DNA of 64,000 nucleotides from an uncultured delta proteobacterium. GTDB taxonomy: Bacteria > Desulfobacterota > Desulfobacteria > Desulfobacterales > JAHEIW01. The stretch covers positions 128,001 through 192,000 of the forward strand of contig CAVPNL010000003.1 of the NCBI GenBank assembly GCA_963706575.1, read 5' to 3'. The notes beneath the pieces are model-generated. The model ran no database searches. It was given only the letters and a program-made list of their open reading frames with translations, and was not told the DNA's origin. Positions 19,456 to 28,805 of the stretch are shown piece after piece. Within the stretch, counting starts at the first letter, position 1. Each line of letters begins with the position of its first letter. Position numbers and translations under genes: made by a program.

Positions 19456-20677
19456 TTATAGACTATAAGTATCTATTTTTATTTCATTTCCTTCATAATA
19501 AATAATTTTTATCTGATTTAAACTTTCAGGCAATTGAGATGGAGCGCCCTTTACGGCAATAAATGTGGCTGGCATATTTTCCTTGAGTTGTCCGAGCCGT
19601 GGTAAATTCATGAGCAAGGCACCATTATGTGTTGCACACCGCACAGCCTTCTCAATTGGATACCCGGCGTCCAAAAATATCCGCATCTCTTCGATAACTG
19701 CCTGCCCATGCACGACTCCGGCACTGCCGGCATCGGTGCCCAGGGCAATACGAACCCCTATTTGACGCGCCATTTGAATCTGTTTGATTTGGTGTTCCAG
19801 GTTTTTCTGCACCACATCTAAATCGACCCTATTGCGCCCCATCTGGTCACCAAGCGCCTTCATCGTGAAGGCGGTCGGCACCCAGGTTACCCCCCTGTCC
19901 ACCATCCGGTACAAATTTTCCTCTCCCATGAAAAAGCCGTGTTCAATGGAATCACATCCTGCATCAACCGCAATTTTCACCGGTATTTTGCCGTTGGCGT
20001 GCACCATGGTTTTTAATCCGCGCTGCCTGGCCGCCCGTACCGCGGCTTTCAGCTCGGCTGAGTCGAACTGCGGCTCGGTTTCTTTAGCAAAACAGGTCAA
20101 ACTGTTAAGACCGGAATTGACAATTTTGATATGATCAACACCCTTTTTCTCCTCAAGAATGGTTTCTGCCAGGGACAGGTCCGCAGATAGCGCACAGCCG
20201 ATCAGATGACCGTAACGCCCCGGTCGATACCAGGCTTTGCCGCTCACGCACAAATGAACAGGATGATCTTCGGTACCCGGATTTGCCTTGTACAGCAAAA
20301 CACTGCTGCCGGGATCTCCACCATCGCGCACGGCCAGACACGCCCCTGGCAAGATACTGATTTAAATGCTTTAAAATCCGTCCGCGAAACCGGTTTTGCC
20401 CCTCGGCTCTGTTGACCGATGGGCTCCGGCGGGCGATCGGTGAGATGGCCAGGTGGACGTGGCAATCGACTAGCCCGGGTAAAAGGGTACAGCCGGAAAG
20501 ATCCAAAACCGGCATGTCCCGTTTTGTGGAATCCGGCATCGGCTCGGTTATTTTGCGGACCGATTGAATGACCCCGTTTTCCAGGCCGAGCCGCATTTGA
20601 GATTGAACCGCAGCGCCGCTACCGTCGATCAGCCACCCCGCATGAATGGACATAATTTCGTTGCGCATTTGGGCCAT
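19456..20677 (-). pseudogene. Amidohydrolase family protein split by a +1 frameshift at ~20339
   Basis: N-part has LLPGLVDCHVHL; C-part has LAVRDGGD, MVHANG, SIEHG, LGTDAG, ATHNGA. The junction GGC GTG T CTG GCC has one extra base. Confidence 0.8.
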
Positions 20678-20912
20678 CTGAACCTATAAGTTCTCGACTC
20701 TCTAATAGAAAAAGTAACCATCCTTTACTTTTCCGAAATCATTTCTTTAGCTCTGGGAATCGGAAAAAGCGAATACAAGGGATGGTTTTCGCGTCATCTG
20801 GTGGATCCCAAGCCGCTGCTAAAGGCACTGGATCTATTTTAACATAGAGATTATACTCTTTTGGCCTGCTCAGAGATCGGTTGCATTGCCCCATTCAAAT
20901 ATTATGGGGTTC

Positions 20913-21055
20913 TGGAATAGTGGCATGTTGGAATACTGGGTTCGGCGGAATGGGATCTATTTTTATTTATCTGACCCGCAAGCAAAATTAAAACCAGGAC
21001 ATCATCCGCCTTTCATACCCAATATTCCATTTTTCCACCATTCCATTATTCCATT
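20913..21055. repeat. Periodic inverted-arm repeat (8-nt unit)
   Basis: TGGAATAG TGGCATGT TGGAATAC TGGG ... CCCA ATATTCCA TTTTTCCA CCATTCCA TTATTCCA. Confidence 0.7.
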
Positions 21056-21067
21056 GAATATCTAACC

Positions 21068-21083
21068 ACCCGTCTAAAGCCTG
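21068..21083 (+). repeat. 16-bp direct repeat, copy 2
   Basis: ACCCGTCTAAAGCCTG, identical to 19416-19431. Confidence 0.7.
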
Positions 21084-21093
21084 GCTTTATAGA

Positions 21094-21966
21094 TCAGAAA
21101 TCTTCACTTTGATTCAACCCTTGTTGAGGTGACGATCCAGAAAAGATTTTAGTTGCCGCTTCATACCCCGGCGTCCGGCTGGAATCACTGTGACCGGCCC
21201 CTTTGCCTACATAAAGCTCGACCTGCCCCGGCGCAAAGCTGCGCTTTAATTCCAGAGCAAACGAAAGCGGAAATCTTCGATCATTTTGCCCGTGAATCAG
21301 CATCACGGGTATCTTGATGTCCTCTGCCAAGCGTGCCGGACTGACCGTATCCAACCTGTTGCCATAGAACAAATTCAACCAGAATAGGATCATAGGGCCG
21401 AAGCAAATGCCAAAGAAAGGATTCACCCACCGGTACAGGCTCAACAGAGCTTCACGGGTATAGGCATAGCTGCCCTCCATAAATAAAATCCGGACTTTAC
21501 CCGGATTGCGGCTGGCGGCGATGATGGCACCGGCGGAGCCGATCGAATGTCCGTAAAGAATAACGGGCTGGCCCAGCCAATTTATGACGGCTTCGATGTC
21601 TTCGGCAAATTTAACCGCATTCATAAACCGTCGCCGGCTGGAGTCCCCGTGATCCCGCGCGCTATGCAAAACCGTTGTAAAGCCCCACTTGGCAAAAATC
21701 CGGGCTCTGGAAACCATGCGATCCCGATTGCGGCTCCATCCGTGCGCCAGGACAACCAGGCCTTTTGAGGGGCATTGCGGTTCAATTCGCCAGACCTCTA
21801 AACTTCCCCCGTCGATGGCGGGAATTATAGCATCGATAATCCGGCCCCAATTCGGAGGATCTGTGACCGGTTTCCGCGGCAACTGTTGAACGACGTAGGT
21901 AAAAATCAGGCTAAGAAGCAAATACAGGCCGATTAGGCACCCAATAAAATATAAAAATAATTGCAA
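21094..21966 (-). CDS. Membrane-anchored alpha/beta hydrolase
   Basis: N-terminal TM, LAHGW, RDHGDS, YGHSIG, IHGQND, GAGH. Confidence 0.88.
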   Translation of the reverse strand: MQLFLYFIGCLIGLYLLLSLIFTYVVQQLPRKPVTDPPNWGRIIDAIIPAIDGGSLEVWRIEPQCPSKGLVVLAHGWSRNRDRMVSRARIFAKWGFTTVLHSARDHGDSSRRRFMNAVKFAEDIEAVINWLGQPVILYGHSIGSAGAIIAASRNPGKVRILFMEGSYAYTREALLSLYRWVNPFFGICFGPMILFWLNLFYGNRLDTVSPARLAEDIKIPVMLIHGQNDRRFPLSFALELKRSFAPGQVELYVGKGAGHSDSSRTPGYEAATKIFSGSSPQQGLNQSEDF

Positions 21967-22006
21967 GCCGGTACTCCAACTCAGGTTCGGAATTTGTCTA
22001 GTTTAT

Positions 22007-22193
22007 GGTTTCAGGTGTCAGGTGTCGGCTATCAGAGGGCAGATGTCAGAAGACAGAATCAGAGGGTAATTTGTTGACTTCGAGTCGCCAGCCCTATTCT
22101 CTGTCTTCTGTCCTCTGACTTCTGTTTTCTGTTAGCTGACACCAGCCTTCGCGATCACAGCCGCTACTCACGGCAAAGACCTGACACCTAAAA
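22007..22193. repeat. Nested periodic inverted-arm repeat (7-nt units)
   Basis: GGTTTCA GGTGTCA GGTGTCG, then CAGAGGG CAGATGT CAGAAGA CAGA ... TCTGTCT TCTGTCC TCTGACT TCTGTTT, then CTGACACC...CTGACACCT. Confidence 0.75.
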
Positions 22194-22268
22194 TAACGGG
22201 TGCTTTTAATTTGAAAAAATAGATTGATAAAAGCAATTCGCGTTCTAAAAAAAAACCGGGATATGACA

Positions 22269-23531
22269 CTAAAATTGTGGCGGATCAAGGCCCAGCAACT
22301 CGCGGCGCAGCACTTCCAGAGCGGCCATCGCAAACATCTGTTTATTCATCGTCCGGTTGCCAAACCAGAAATGAAATCGATGGCCGGCAGTGCCATGTGG
22401 CGTTGCCAACCCAATACAAACCGTTCCGACGGGTTTTTCCGGTGTGCCTCCCGTCGGCCCGGCAATGCCGCTGGTCGCCAACCCATATGTGGCACCGCAA
22501 ACCTTGCGGGCACCCCGGGCCATCTCCATGGCGGTTTTCTCATGCACGGCACCGTGCGCAATTATGGTTTCTTTTGATACATTTAAAATATCGATCTTGG
22601 CCTGATTCGAATAGGTAATGCCGGAATATACAAAATAATCTGAACTGCCGGATATATTGGTCAGCAGATTAGCAATCAGGCCTCCGGTACAGCTTTCGGC
22701 CAGTGCCAGGGTTGCCTGTTTTTTTCTAAGAAGATGCCCAATCGTTTTTTCCATGAGGTCACCCTGCTGCGAGAACACCTTATTGCCCATCTTTTCAATC
22801 ACCCATCCAACAGCCGCCGCCAAATGGTCATTCAATTTCTGATCATCGGTGTCATTGGCATAAAGTTTCACCTGGATTGCGGGAAATTTGGCCCGCAGCC
22901 CCAGAGAGATTTGTGGAAAGACTTCTTCCAGCGCGGCAATCCGCTCAAAGGTCTGGGATTCGGTCAATCCAAAAGTTGAAAGGGTTCTGCTGCGGTAAAA
23001 GCGGCGCTTATCGCCGATGAGCTCGATTATTTGCGGCAGGACGATATCCGATAACATGCGCCGCATCTCACCCGGTACGCCCGGAAGGAAGAAAAAAAAG
23101 CATCTGCCGATTTTCATGCGAAATCCAGGGGCGGTCCCAACCGGGTTTTGCAGGCATTGCGCCCCCGCCGGCAAAAACGCCTGTTTGCGGCTGGCAGGAT
23201 TCATCTCCCGCTGGCGGGCTTTAAAGAAATTTTCAACCGATTCAAGCGCGGATGGATTCAGATCAAGTGTTGCTCCGACCGCCCTGGCAGCGGCCTCTGA
23301 GGTAAGGTCATCAGACGTCGGCCCCAACCCGCCGGTAACCACTGCGATATCTGCGCGGCCGCCAATCTCTTTAAAGACAGAGATGAGAAGATCGAGATCA
23401 TCGCCCACACAGATGTGCCGGCTAACGGCAACTCCGTTTTCCTCCATTTTCTCGGCGATATAAGCCGAATTGCTGTCGATGAGCGCGCCGGTTCGAATCT
23501 CTTCGCCGGTTGCCATGATCTCTGCTATCAT
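22269..23531 (-). CDS. cinA: CinA (MoCF-binding domain + NMN deamidase PncC domain)
   Basis: ATGEEIRTG, TGGLGPTSDDLT, NPVGTAPG, LPGVPGEM, AESCTGG, SGIAGPTGG. Confidence 0.95.
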   Translation of the reverse strand: MIAEIMATGEEIRTGALIDSNSAYIAEKMEENGVAVSRHICVGDDLDLLISVFKEIGGRADIAVVTGGLGPTSDDLTSEAAARAVGATLDLNPSALESVENFFKARQREMNPASRKQAFLPAGAQCLQNPVGTAPGFRMKIGRCFFFFLPGVPGEMRRMLSDIVLPQIIELIGDKRRFYRSRTLSTFGLTESQTFERIAALEEVFPQISLGLRAKFPAIQVKLYANDTDDQKLNDHLAAAVGWVIEKMGNKVFSQQGDLMEKTIGHLLRKKQATLALAESCTGGLIANLLTNISGSSDYFVYSGITYSNQAKIDILNVSKETIIAHGAVHEKTAMEMARGARKVCGATYGLATSGIAGPTGGTPEKPVGTVCIGLATPHGTAGHRFHFWFGNRTMNKQMFAMAALEVLRRELLGLDPPQF

Positions 23532-23578
23532 TACAAACTTACCCCTACCCTATTTCAAGAAGGCACGATATTCATAAA

Positions 23579-23756
23579 AAATGAGCTAAAATTAAAAATG
23601 ATCTAAAATGCCTAAAATTATAGTTTCGCTCCGCTCCATCTTTTTTTATAAATAGGATCGTTCGACCCAGGGGCTCTCGACGGGTAGAATTCCTCAACTT
23701 TAGGCATTTTAGATCATTTTAGGCATTTTAGGCACTTCTAACTTTAGAGCACCTTG
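23579..23756. repeat. Periodic inverted-arm repeat (9-10-nt unit)
   Basis: AAATGAGCTAAAA..AAATGATCTAAAATGCCTAAAA ... TTTAGGCATT TTAGATCATT TTAGGCATT TTAGGCACTT. Confidence 0.75.
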
Positions 23757-23806
23757 CGAACTTTTTTTCTGCCTTTTAAGATAAACTGCCAATTTTGAAA
23801 TCGGTT

Positions 23807-24589
23807 CTAGTTCGGTGGCGTCAGCACAAACACTTCCGGCGGCGGGTCAACATTGACCCAGTAACGATCAATATTCAGCTGGCAATCGGCCCCGTCATGG
23901 GTCAGCAGCCTTAATTGTAACGGCACCTGAAACCCGTCTATCGATTGCACACTTTCAATTTCAGCGCGATATTTCAACGAGCCGGATCGATAAAATACAT
24001 CAACCCGGCGGACCTCTGATACGCTTTGGTCATAATATATTTTCTGCCGAACGCCCCACCATCTTTCTTTGAGAACCAGAACATAACCGGGGGTCTCCTT
24101 TTCTTGGATTAATGACGCCGAATCGAATTTGGGCAGCGGAATTTGACCGGCTAAAAGCGTAATCACATCGCTGGAAGCTATGGGAATTGAAATGAGTTTT
24201 TTTAAACTCGGATCACTTTCCTGAAATTTTCGGAATGTCGTATCCTGGCCATGAACCTCCAGATAGTAAAGCCATTTGCCGTCGGTCGCTAATTTGACTG
24301 CCGGGTAGCCGGAAATCAGCACCGCAATGCTGAGTTTAACCGGTTTTTCTCCGATCCATGCCACGCGTTGATCAAGCTTCAGACGGCCATTTTGTCTGAT
24401 CTGGATATTCCCGATTCCTTTGAAATTCTTCAGAGAATCATTTTTGGTGCTAAGAACCGAAAGCAGGTCACGAACCTTGTTGGCCTTCTCGGCAGGGGAA
24501 ATTTCCAACTCTCTGGTCGGCTTGAAAACAGCGCAGCCCGAAATAAAAAAAGCGGCGATTAGGGGAATAATGATCCGATACCATTTCAT
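23807..24589 (-). CDS. Lipoprotein, LolB-like/DUF4292-type beta-rich protein
   Basis: Lipobox ISGC, beta-strand-rich body, downstream of a TPR lipoprotein. Confidence 0.6.
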   Translation of the reverse strand: MKWYRIIIPLIAAFFISGCAVFKPTRELEISPAEKANKVRDLLSVLSTKNDSLKNFKGIGNIQIRQNGRLKLDQRVAWIGEKPVKLSIAVLISGYPAVKLATDGKWLYYLEVHGQDTTFRKFQESDPSLKKLISIPIASSDVITLLAGQIPLPKFDSASLIQEKETPGYVLVLKERWWGVRQKIYYDQSVSEVRRVDVFYRSGSLKYRAEIESVQSIDGFQVPLQLRLLTHDGADCQLNIDRYWVNVDPPPEVFVLTPPN

Positions 24590-24594
24590 ACCGG

Positions 24595-26307
24595 TTAGGA
24601 ACCATCAGGGGAGATAGTGCGAATCTTTTTTTCAAGTTCTTCTTTATCTTTTTCTTTATTTTTTAATGACTTCTGGTAATATCTCAGCGCATTGGTTTTA
24701 TCATTTAATTTGAGATAGGCATCACCCAGATGCTCCAGCATAATGGGGTCATTCGGAACCATTTGTACTGCTTTTTGAAGATATTGCACGGCTTTTTCAA
24801 ACTCACCTTTTTTAAAATACACCCAACCCAGACTATCGGTAATATAGCCGTCGTCGGGTTTGTATTTTAGCGCCTCTTTGATCAGCTGTTCAGCCTCATC
24901 CAGATTCGTACCCAGGTCCGCATATGTATATCCGAGATAATTCAATGCGTTGGCATGCTTGGGGTCCAGCTTGATGACTTTGCGCATGGTCGCCATGGAA
25001 TCTTCTTTTCTGTTCCACTTGTCATAAACTACACCCAGTCGGAAATAATACCGCGGATTGTCCGCATCCAATTCAATTGCCGCCTGGAGGAATTCCTCGG
25101 CTTTATCAAATTGCTCCAAATCTTCATAGAAAGTACCCAGATAGTATTTGAATTCCGCGTTCTGGGGTTCATTTTCAATGGCTTTACGCAAAATTTTAAT
25201 CGCTTCTTCGTTTTGCTTGTCTTCAGATAAAATATAGGACGCGTGAATGACGGCATCTTCATAAAATCGAGATTCCGGAGTGACTTTCATGAAATGCTTC
25301 AATGCAGACGGATTATCTTTCTTCCCATAAAAGGCGATGCCGGCGACATGGTTTATTTCCGGGCTGTCGGGAACGGCTTTTAGCATCCCCTGCAGGACCA
25401 CAATACCTTCATCGTATTTTTTCGTGTCAAGGTAGAGTTGAATGGTTCTAACAATGACTTCAAACTCCACGATGCTGCGCTGCCCTAATTTTTTAAAAAT
25501 TTCTTCGGCCTGAGCCACTTTTCCATGGGAATAATAGTAATGGCCAAGCTCCATGGAAGCCCGTATGTCGTTCGGATTGCGCTTTAGGATATCCTTATAA
25601 ATTCTTAGCGTCTCTTTGGTGTTCTTTTTACCCTTATAAAGTTCGAGAAGCTCATATCGTGGTTCCAAAAGCTCGGGTTGAATTTCTAATGTTCGTTTGA
25701 ATTCTCTTTCTGCTTCTTTCAGTTTCCCCTGTTTGGCATAAACTTTCCCCAGGTAGAAGTGTCCGGCATAAGTGCCCGGAAAATTTTCAATCATTTGATT
25801 AAAAACACGTTCGGCCTGATCCAATTCCCCGGCTTCGATATATAATCCACCCAGAAGTCCGTATACTTTTTCCTGTTTCGGATCTTCAGCAATAACCTTC
25901 TCATAGGCATCTATGGCAGCCGGTGTATTTTTGTGCACCTGTTTGATACCCCCATATATAATGAGGGACCTGACATCGTTGGGGTGATCTTTGATGATCC
26001 CCTCAAGCACGCCGGTGGCGTTTTCATCGTCTTTGTTCTGCAGATACACTGTGGCCAGTTCACGCTTAAGATATAAGGAATCCGGATCCAGTTCGATGGC
26101 TTTTTTAAGCAGCTCGATGGACTTTACCAAATTGCCTTTCTTTCTCTGGACCTGGGCTTCGGTGAAGTAATAATACTGGTTTTCGGGTCGATCAATTTCG
26201 GGACGATCAAAAATGGACGGCGTTTTTTGGCTGGAGGAGGTCGCACACCCGCCGCTAAAAAAAACGACCACTAAAAATAGGGTCACCGCTACTCGTAATG
26301 CTGTCAT
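24595..26307 (-). CDS. TPR-repeat lipoprotein
   Basis: Lipobox-like SGGC; many TPRs; ALNYLGYTYAD, DSLGWVYFKKG, EHLGDAY. Confidence 0.9.
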   Translation of the reverse strand: MTALRVAVTLFLVVVFFSGGCATSSSQKTPSIFDRPEIDRPENQYYYFTEAQVQRKKGNLVKSIELLKKAIELDPDSLYLKRELATVYLQNKDDENATGVLEGIIKDHPNDVRSLIIYGGIKQVHKNTPAAIDAYEKVIAEDPKQEKVYGLLGGLYIEAGELDQAERVFNQMIENFPGTYAGHFYLGKVYAKQGKLKEAEREFKRTLEIQPELLEPRYELLELYKGKKNTKETLRIYKDILKRNPNDIRASMELGHYYYSHGKVAQAEEIFKKLGQRSIVEFEVIVRTIQLYLDTKKYDEGIVVLQGMLKAVPDSPEINHVAGIAFYGKKDNPSALKHFMKVTPESRFYEDAVIHASYILSEDKQNEEAIKILRKAIENEPQNAEFKYYLGTFYEDLEQFDKAEEFLQAAIELDADNPRYYFRLGVVYDKWNRKEDSMATMRKVIKLDPKHANALNYLGYTYADLGTNLDEAEQLIKEALKYKPDDGYITDSLGWVYFKKGEFEKAVQYLQKAVQMVPNDPIMLEHLGDAYLKLNDKTNALRYYQKSLKNKEKDKEELEKKIRTISPDGS

Positions 26308-26350
26308 ACGACTCTATATCCTATCAAACGATTCCAAGTCAGGCAGCGCA

Positions 26351-27388
26351 TTAATCCGCTGTGCTGGATTCGGTGTAAGAAGCAAAATCAGGGATTTCCC
26401 GCTTAAAAAATTCCCTCATTTTCTTAATAATATTTTTTTCAACCTGTCGAACCCGCTCTCTGGATATTCCATAACGGTCGCCGATTTCCTGTAAAGTTAC
26501 CGGTGTGTCCGAAAAAATGCGCAGATCAAATATCTCAAGCTCCCGGGCCGTCATTTTTTTGCGGAACTCTGCAATTTTATTATGGAGCAGAAATTCGATT
26601 TCCTTTTTGGATACCTGGTCTTCAATGGATTCGGAGTTCGTGCTTAAAAATTCAATTCTTTCGGTGTCCGAATCTTCCTTCAGCGGCGCATCCAAAGAAA
26701 CATCCCATCCATCCAATCGCTGGTCCATATCAATGATTTCGCGTTCGGAAACACCCAGCCTTTCGGAAAGCAGTTTGGGCTTGGGATCAAAGCCATCATC
26801 GATCAGTTTCTGCTTTTCCTTCTTCAATTTAAAAAACAGTTTGCGCTGTCCCTGGGTGGTGCCGATCTTCACCAGGCGCCAGTTGTCCATGATAAATTTG
26901 AGGATGTACGCCTTTATCCAGAAAGAAGCATAATACGAAAACTTTACATTTTTGTAAGGATCAAATTTTTTAACAGCCTGCATCAACCCGATATTGCCCT
27001 CCTGAATCAGATCCAGCAAATTCTGCATCCACACCCGCTGGAATTCCAGGGCAATTTTTACCACCAGCCTTAAATTGGAGGTCACCAGTTTATAGGCTGC
27101 ATCCTTGTCGCCATGTTCTCGAACTCTGATACCCAACTCGCGTTCCTCTTCGCGGGTCAGCAATTTGTAGTTGCTGATTTCGCTCAGATACCGCTGCAGG
27201 GGGTCATATTTAACCAGTGCTTTAGCAGATAGCTTGCCTGCAGGCTTTTTTTTCGCGCGCACTTTAAGGTCTTTTTTGTCCGCTGTTGATTTAGGCGTCT
27301 TGACCCGTTTGACCGTCTTTTTGGCTTTCGCTTTTGCGGTGGTTTTCTTTTTAACGGTCTTTTTGCGCTTGGTCGGCTTTTTTTCCAT
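26351..27388 (-). CDS. rpoH: RNA polymerase sigma-32 (RpoH-type) factor with Lys-rich N-terminal tail
   Basis: SNLRLVVKIA, DLIQEGNIGLMQAVKKFDP, RpoH box QRKLFFKL, TLQEIGDRYGISRERVRQVE; ATG at 27388 (the longer ORF call overlaps the tRNA). Confidence 0.88.
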   Translation of the reverse strand: MEKKPTKRKKTVKKKTTAKAKAKKTVKRVKTPKSTADKKDLKVRAKKKPAGKLSAKALVKYDPLQRYLSEISNYKLLTREEERELGIRVREHGDKDAAYKLVTSNLRLVVKIALEFQRVWMQNLLDLIQEGNIGLMQAVKKFDPYKNVKFSYYASFWIKAYILKFIMDNWRLVKIGTTQGQRKLFFKLKKEKQKLIDDGFDPKPKLLSERLGVSEREIIDMDQRLDGWDVSLDAPLKEDSDTERIEFLSTNSESIEDQVSKKEIEFLLHNKIAEFRKKMTARELEIFDLRIFSDTPVTLQEIGDRYGISRERVRQVEKNIIKKMREFFKREIPDFASYTESSTAD

Positions 27389-27510
27389 CAGAAATTGTCC
27401 AAATCTTGCAAATCCGCCAGGGTCGTCCCTTTGAATCAGGCAAAGATAATTCAAGCCTGCATTTCTATGGACATGTAGGCGAACATATGATATCGAAAAG
27501 TTTTCGATGT

Positions 27511-27587
<77 letters not shown>

Positions 27588-27593
27588 TTTTCC

Positions 27594-27626
27594 AAAGCTC
27601 CGGAGCAATTTGCTTGGGAGCTTTTT
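27594..27626 (+). terminator. Intrinsic terminator after tRNA-Arg
   Basis: AAAGCTCC...GGAGCTTTTT hairpin. Confidence 0.7.
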
Positions 27627-27815
27627 AGGTTGGAGTCAACTGAAGCTAAATTAAGGTAGGCCTCTCGTTCTGCCTTTTGCGCGTTCGGCTTTCTCTTTAT
27701 TAGGCTTAGATGATATTAAATAACAGGACTTATTGGAAATCTCAAGTTTTTTCTTTGATACGCTTGGTAGAGAGCACTTCGAGATGAAGACGTTACAAAT
27801 CAGAGTGTCTTTAAA

Positions 27816-28023
27816 CTAAAACCCATTTCAAAAATGCGTCTAAGCGCTCATGGCTGTGTCGCCCCGCCAAAGCGGGATTTCACATTAATTTTATGGATAT
27901 TAAGGCGTTCATCGACTCGGCTCAAAATGCTCACATACGACCGTGTATGCTCGGACACACGACTTTTTCGCCAAACCGCGCCTTACCATGAACCCTGATC
28001 CACATCTTTGAGATGGGTTCTAG
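27816..28023. mobile_element. Hairpin element copy C (inverted relative to A) carrying a nested ~55 bp insert
   Basis: Terminal IR CTAAAACCCATTTCAAA / TTTGAGATGGGTTCTAG. Internal AAATGCTCACATAC..GTATGC and CGCCTT..ATGAACCCTGATC match the reverse complement of copy A. Confidence 0.7.
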
Positions 28024-28340
28024 TCGATAACGGTCTTATAATATTTTACACCGACCTGATAGCCGGGAACTTCATGAGAAGACAGTTGCTGGCACCATCT
28101 AACCTCGGCAAAATAGCCTTCATAAAGATCCGCCTGAACCGTATCCGGTGAATAATTTTCCATCATGATGTAAACGTCGGAACCCGGATCAACCGCTCTT
28201 GATGTTTTAAAGCACATACCGTCATTTGAATAGTTACACATCACGGCGTGAAAGAAGTGATCAGTATCATGATAAGCATAGACAATGGGTGCATCATTGT
28301 CATAACGCTCGAACACCCTTCTTTCGTCTTTTTTTTGCAT
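28020..28340 (-). CDS. Stand-alone PilZ domain protein
   Basis: ERRVFERY (RxxxR), NYSNDGMCF (D/NxSxxG), AEVRWC, GVKY. Confidence 0.85.
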   Translation of the reverse strand: MQKKDERRVFERYDNDAPIVYAYHDTDHFFHAVMCNYSNDGMCFKTSRAVDPGSDVYIMMENYSPDTVQADLYEGYFAEVRWCQQLSSHEVPGYQVGVKYYKTVID

Positions 28341-28660
28341 CTCCTCCCCTTGCCGAGGTTAATTGAGTAAAAATGTTTCCGGGTTGACACCCAACCATCG
28401 TAAGGTCATCTGGAAGCTTCAACCTCTTATTATGAGATAAACAGTCCGCTATGTCAAATAAAAATACAGTGATATCAAATAAATGGATCATTCCTGGATC
28501 CCTTCAGATGCCCCTGACGGGGATAAAAAAACCATAAAAATCGACCGGATGATTCCGGGAATCGGTTGTCTGTCGCCCGGGTAGGGAAATTCTTTAAAGG
28601 GGTGATGCGTATATTTTTTCTGTCGAGTTCAGCAGATCTTGCCGGATGGATTTGGCCGTC

Positions 28661-28688
28661 TTAAGTTTAACCGCAAAATGGCCGATAG
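28661..28688 (+). promoter_or_regulatory. Sigma28(FliA)-like promoter upstream of the SPFH operon
   Basis: TTAAGTTT-N12-GCCGATAG versus consensus TAAAGTTT-N11-GCCGATAA. Confidence 0.45.
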
Positions 28689-28805
28689 GTGTTTTATACC
28701 GCTAAACAATTGAATCCTCTTACAAACATTTAAAATCATACAGAATTTTTTTATTTATGCGCGTTTCCGAACAAATACGCAACGATCTTAAAAGGAGAGC
28801 ACATT

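Noticed and set aside
22094..22333. 79-aa ORF ending in QLTENRSQRTEDRE
   Set aside because: The repetitive peptide is just the translation of the heptamer repeat arm, and the ORF overlaps cinA
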